Part shown: piece by piece, positions 63,578 through 64,000 of the stretch | Layout: every line of letters begins with the position of its first letter | Position numbering within the stretch: position 1 is the first letter of the stretch | Assembly (NCBI RefSeq): GCF_006345805.1 | Contig: NC_043003.1 | Span: forward strand, 17,236,001-17,300,000 | Direction: 5' to 3' | DNA: 64,000 nucleotides | DNA from: Octopus sinensis | Lineage: Eukaryota | The notes under the pieces: model-generated | What the model saw: the letters and a program-made list of their open reading frames with translations, nothing else | What the model was told of the DNA's origin: nothing | Databases searched by the model: none | Program-made: the position numbers and the translations under genes

Positions 63578-64000
63578 CACAATGATTCTACTTGAGAATT
63601 ACATTATGCATCCATGTGTCTACAGAATTCTCAGCCACTTACATGTTAATTCAAGAGAAGGTAATTTGATTGAAGAAAGAACTGAATCCTCATTATCAAA
63701 TGATCCAGGTCCACCGTAGTATCATCTCTTAAATTCATAAACAATAAAAATGACATAGAAGTGTTAGTTTTAAATCTTTTCCAAATTTTCCTGGTGACAA
63801 TACAGTGTCATTGAAATTATTTAATTGGAAGAGTTCTGAAATCTGTTTCGTACTCATATGGACAATACTTGCTTAGCTGCCAAGCTAACTTTATCAGGAA
63901 ATAAGATATTTCCTGATTATAGTTGTGAAACTAAATTTTCTTCAGTGTAGAAGCATTAACCCTTTTGCTACCATATTTCCATTGAGATGCTCTGTGTTTC

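Overview
AT-rich, microsatellite- and SINE-dense animal DNA, most likely Octopus or another coleoid cephalopod (inferred from repeat style and protein sequence). The window holds the 5' part of a plus-strand twitchin (unc-22/projectin mini-titin) gene. I traced by hand a phase-consistent chain of about 18 exons from 6504 to 61723. It encodes six I-set Ig domains, then a long linker spread over about 32 kb, then the start of a seventh Ig. The linker comprises an approximately 125-aa Lys/Glu single-alpha-helix-like exon, a Pro-rich PEVK-like exon with two in-frame donors, and an acidic exon. The frame closes only if three microexons that the ORF track cannot show are included (10 nt at 19819, 16 nt at 32011, 11 nt at 54355). 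The Lys/Glu exon has a 1-nt frameshift in an A-run as written. The start exon and the rest of the gene are not identifiable here. Introns contain many tRNA-derived SINEs, an RTE-type LINE remnant, pogo/Tigger-, piggyBac- and Helitron-like non-autonomous elements, four minimal hammerhead-ribozyme-like motifs, SINE-seeded minisatellites, fold-backs and a 960-bp tandem duplication. All exon calls come from sequence only, with no transcript evidence. Repeat boundaries are approximate.
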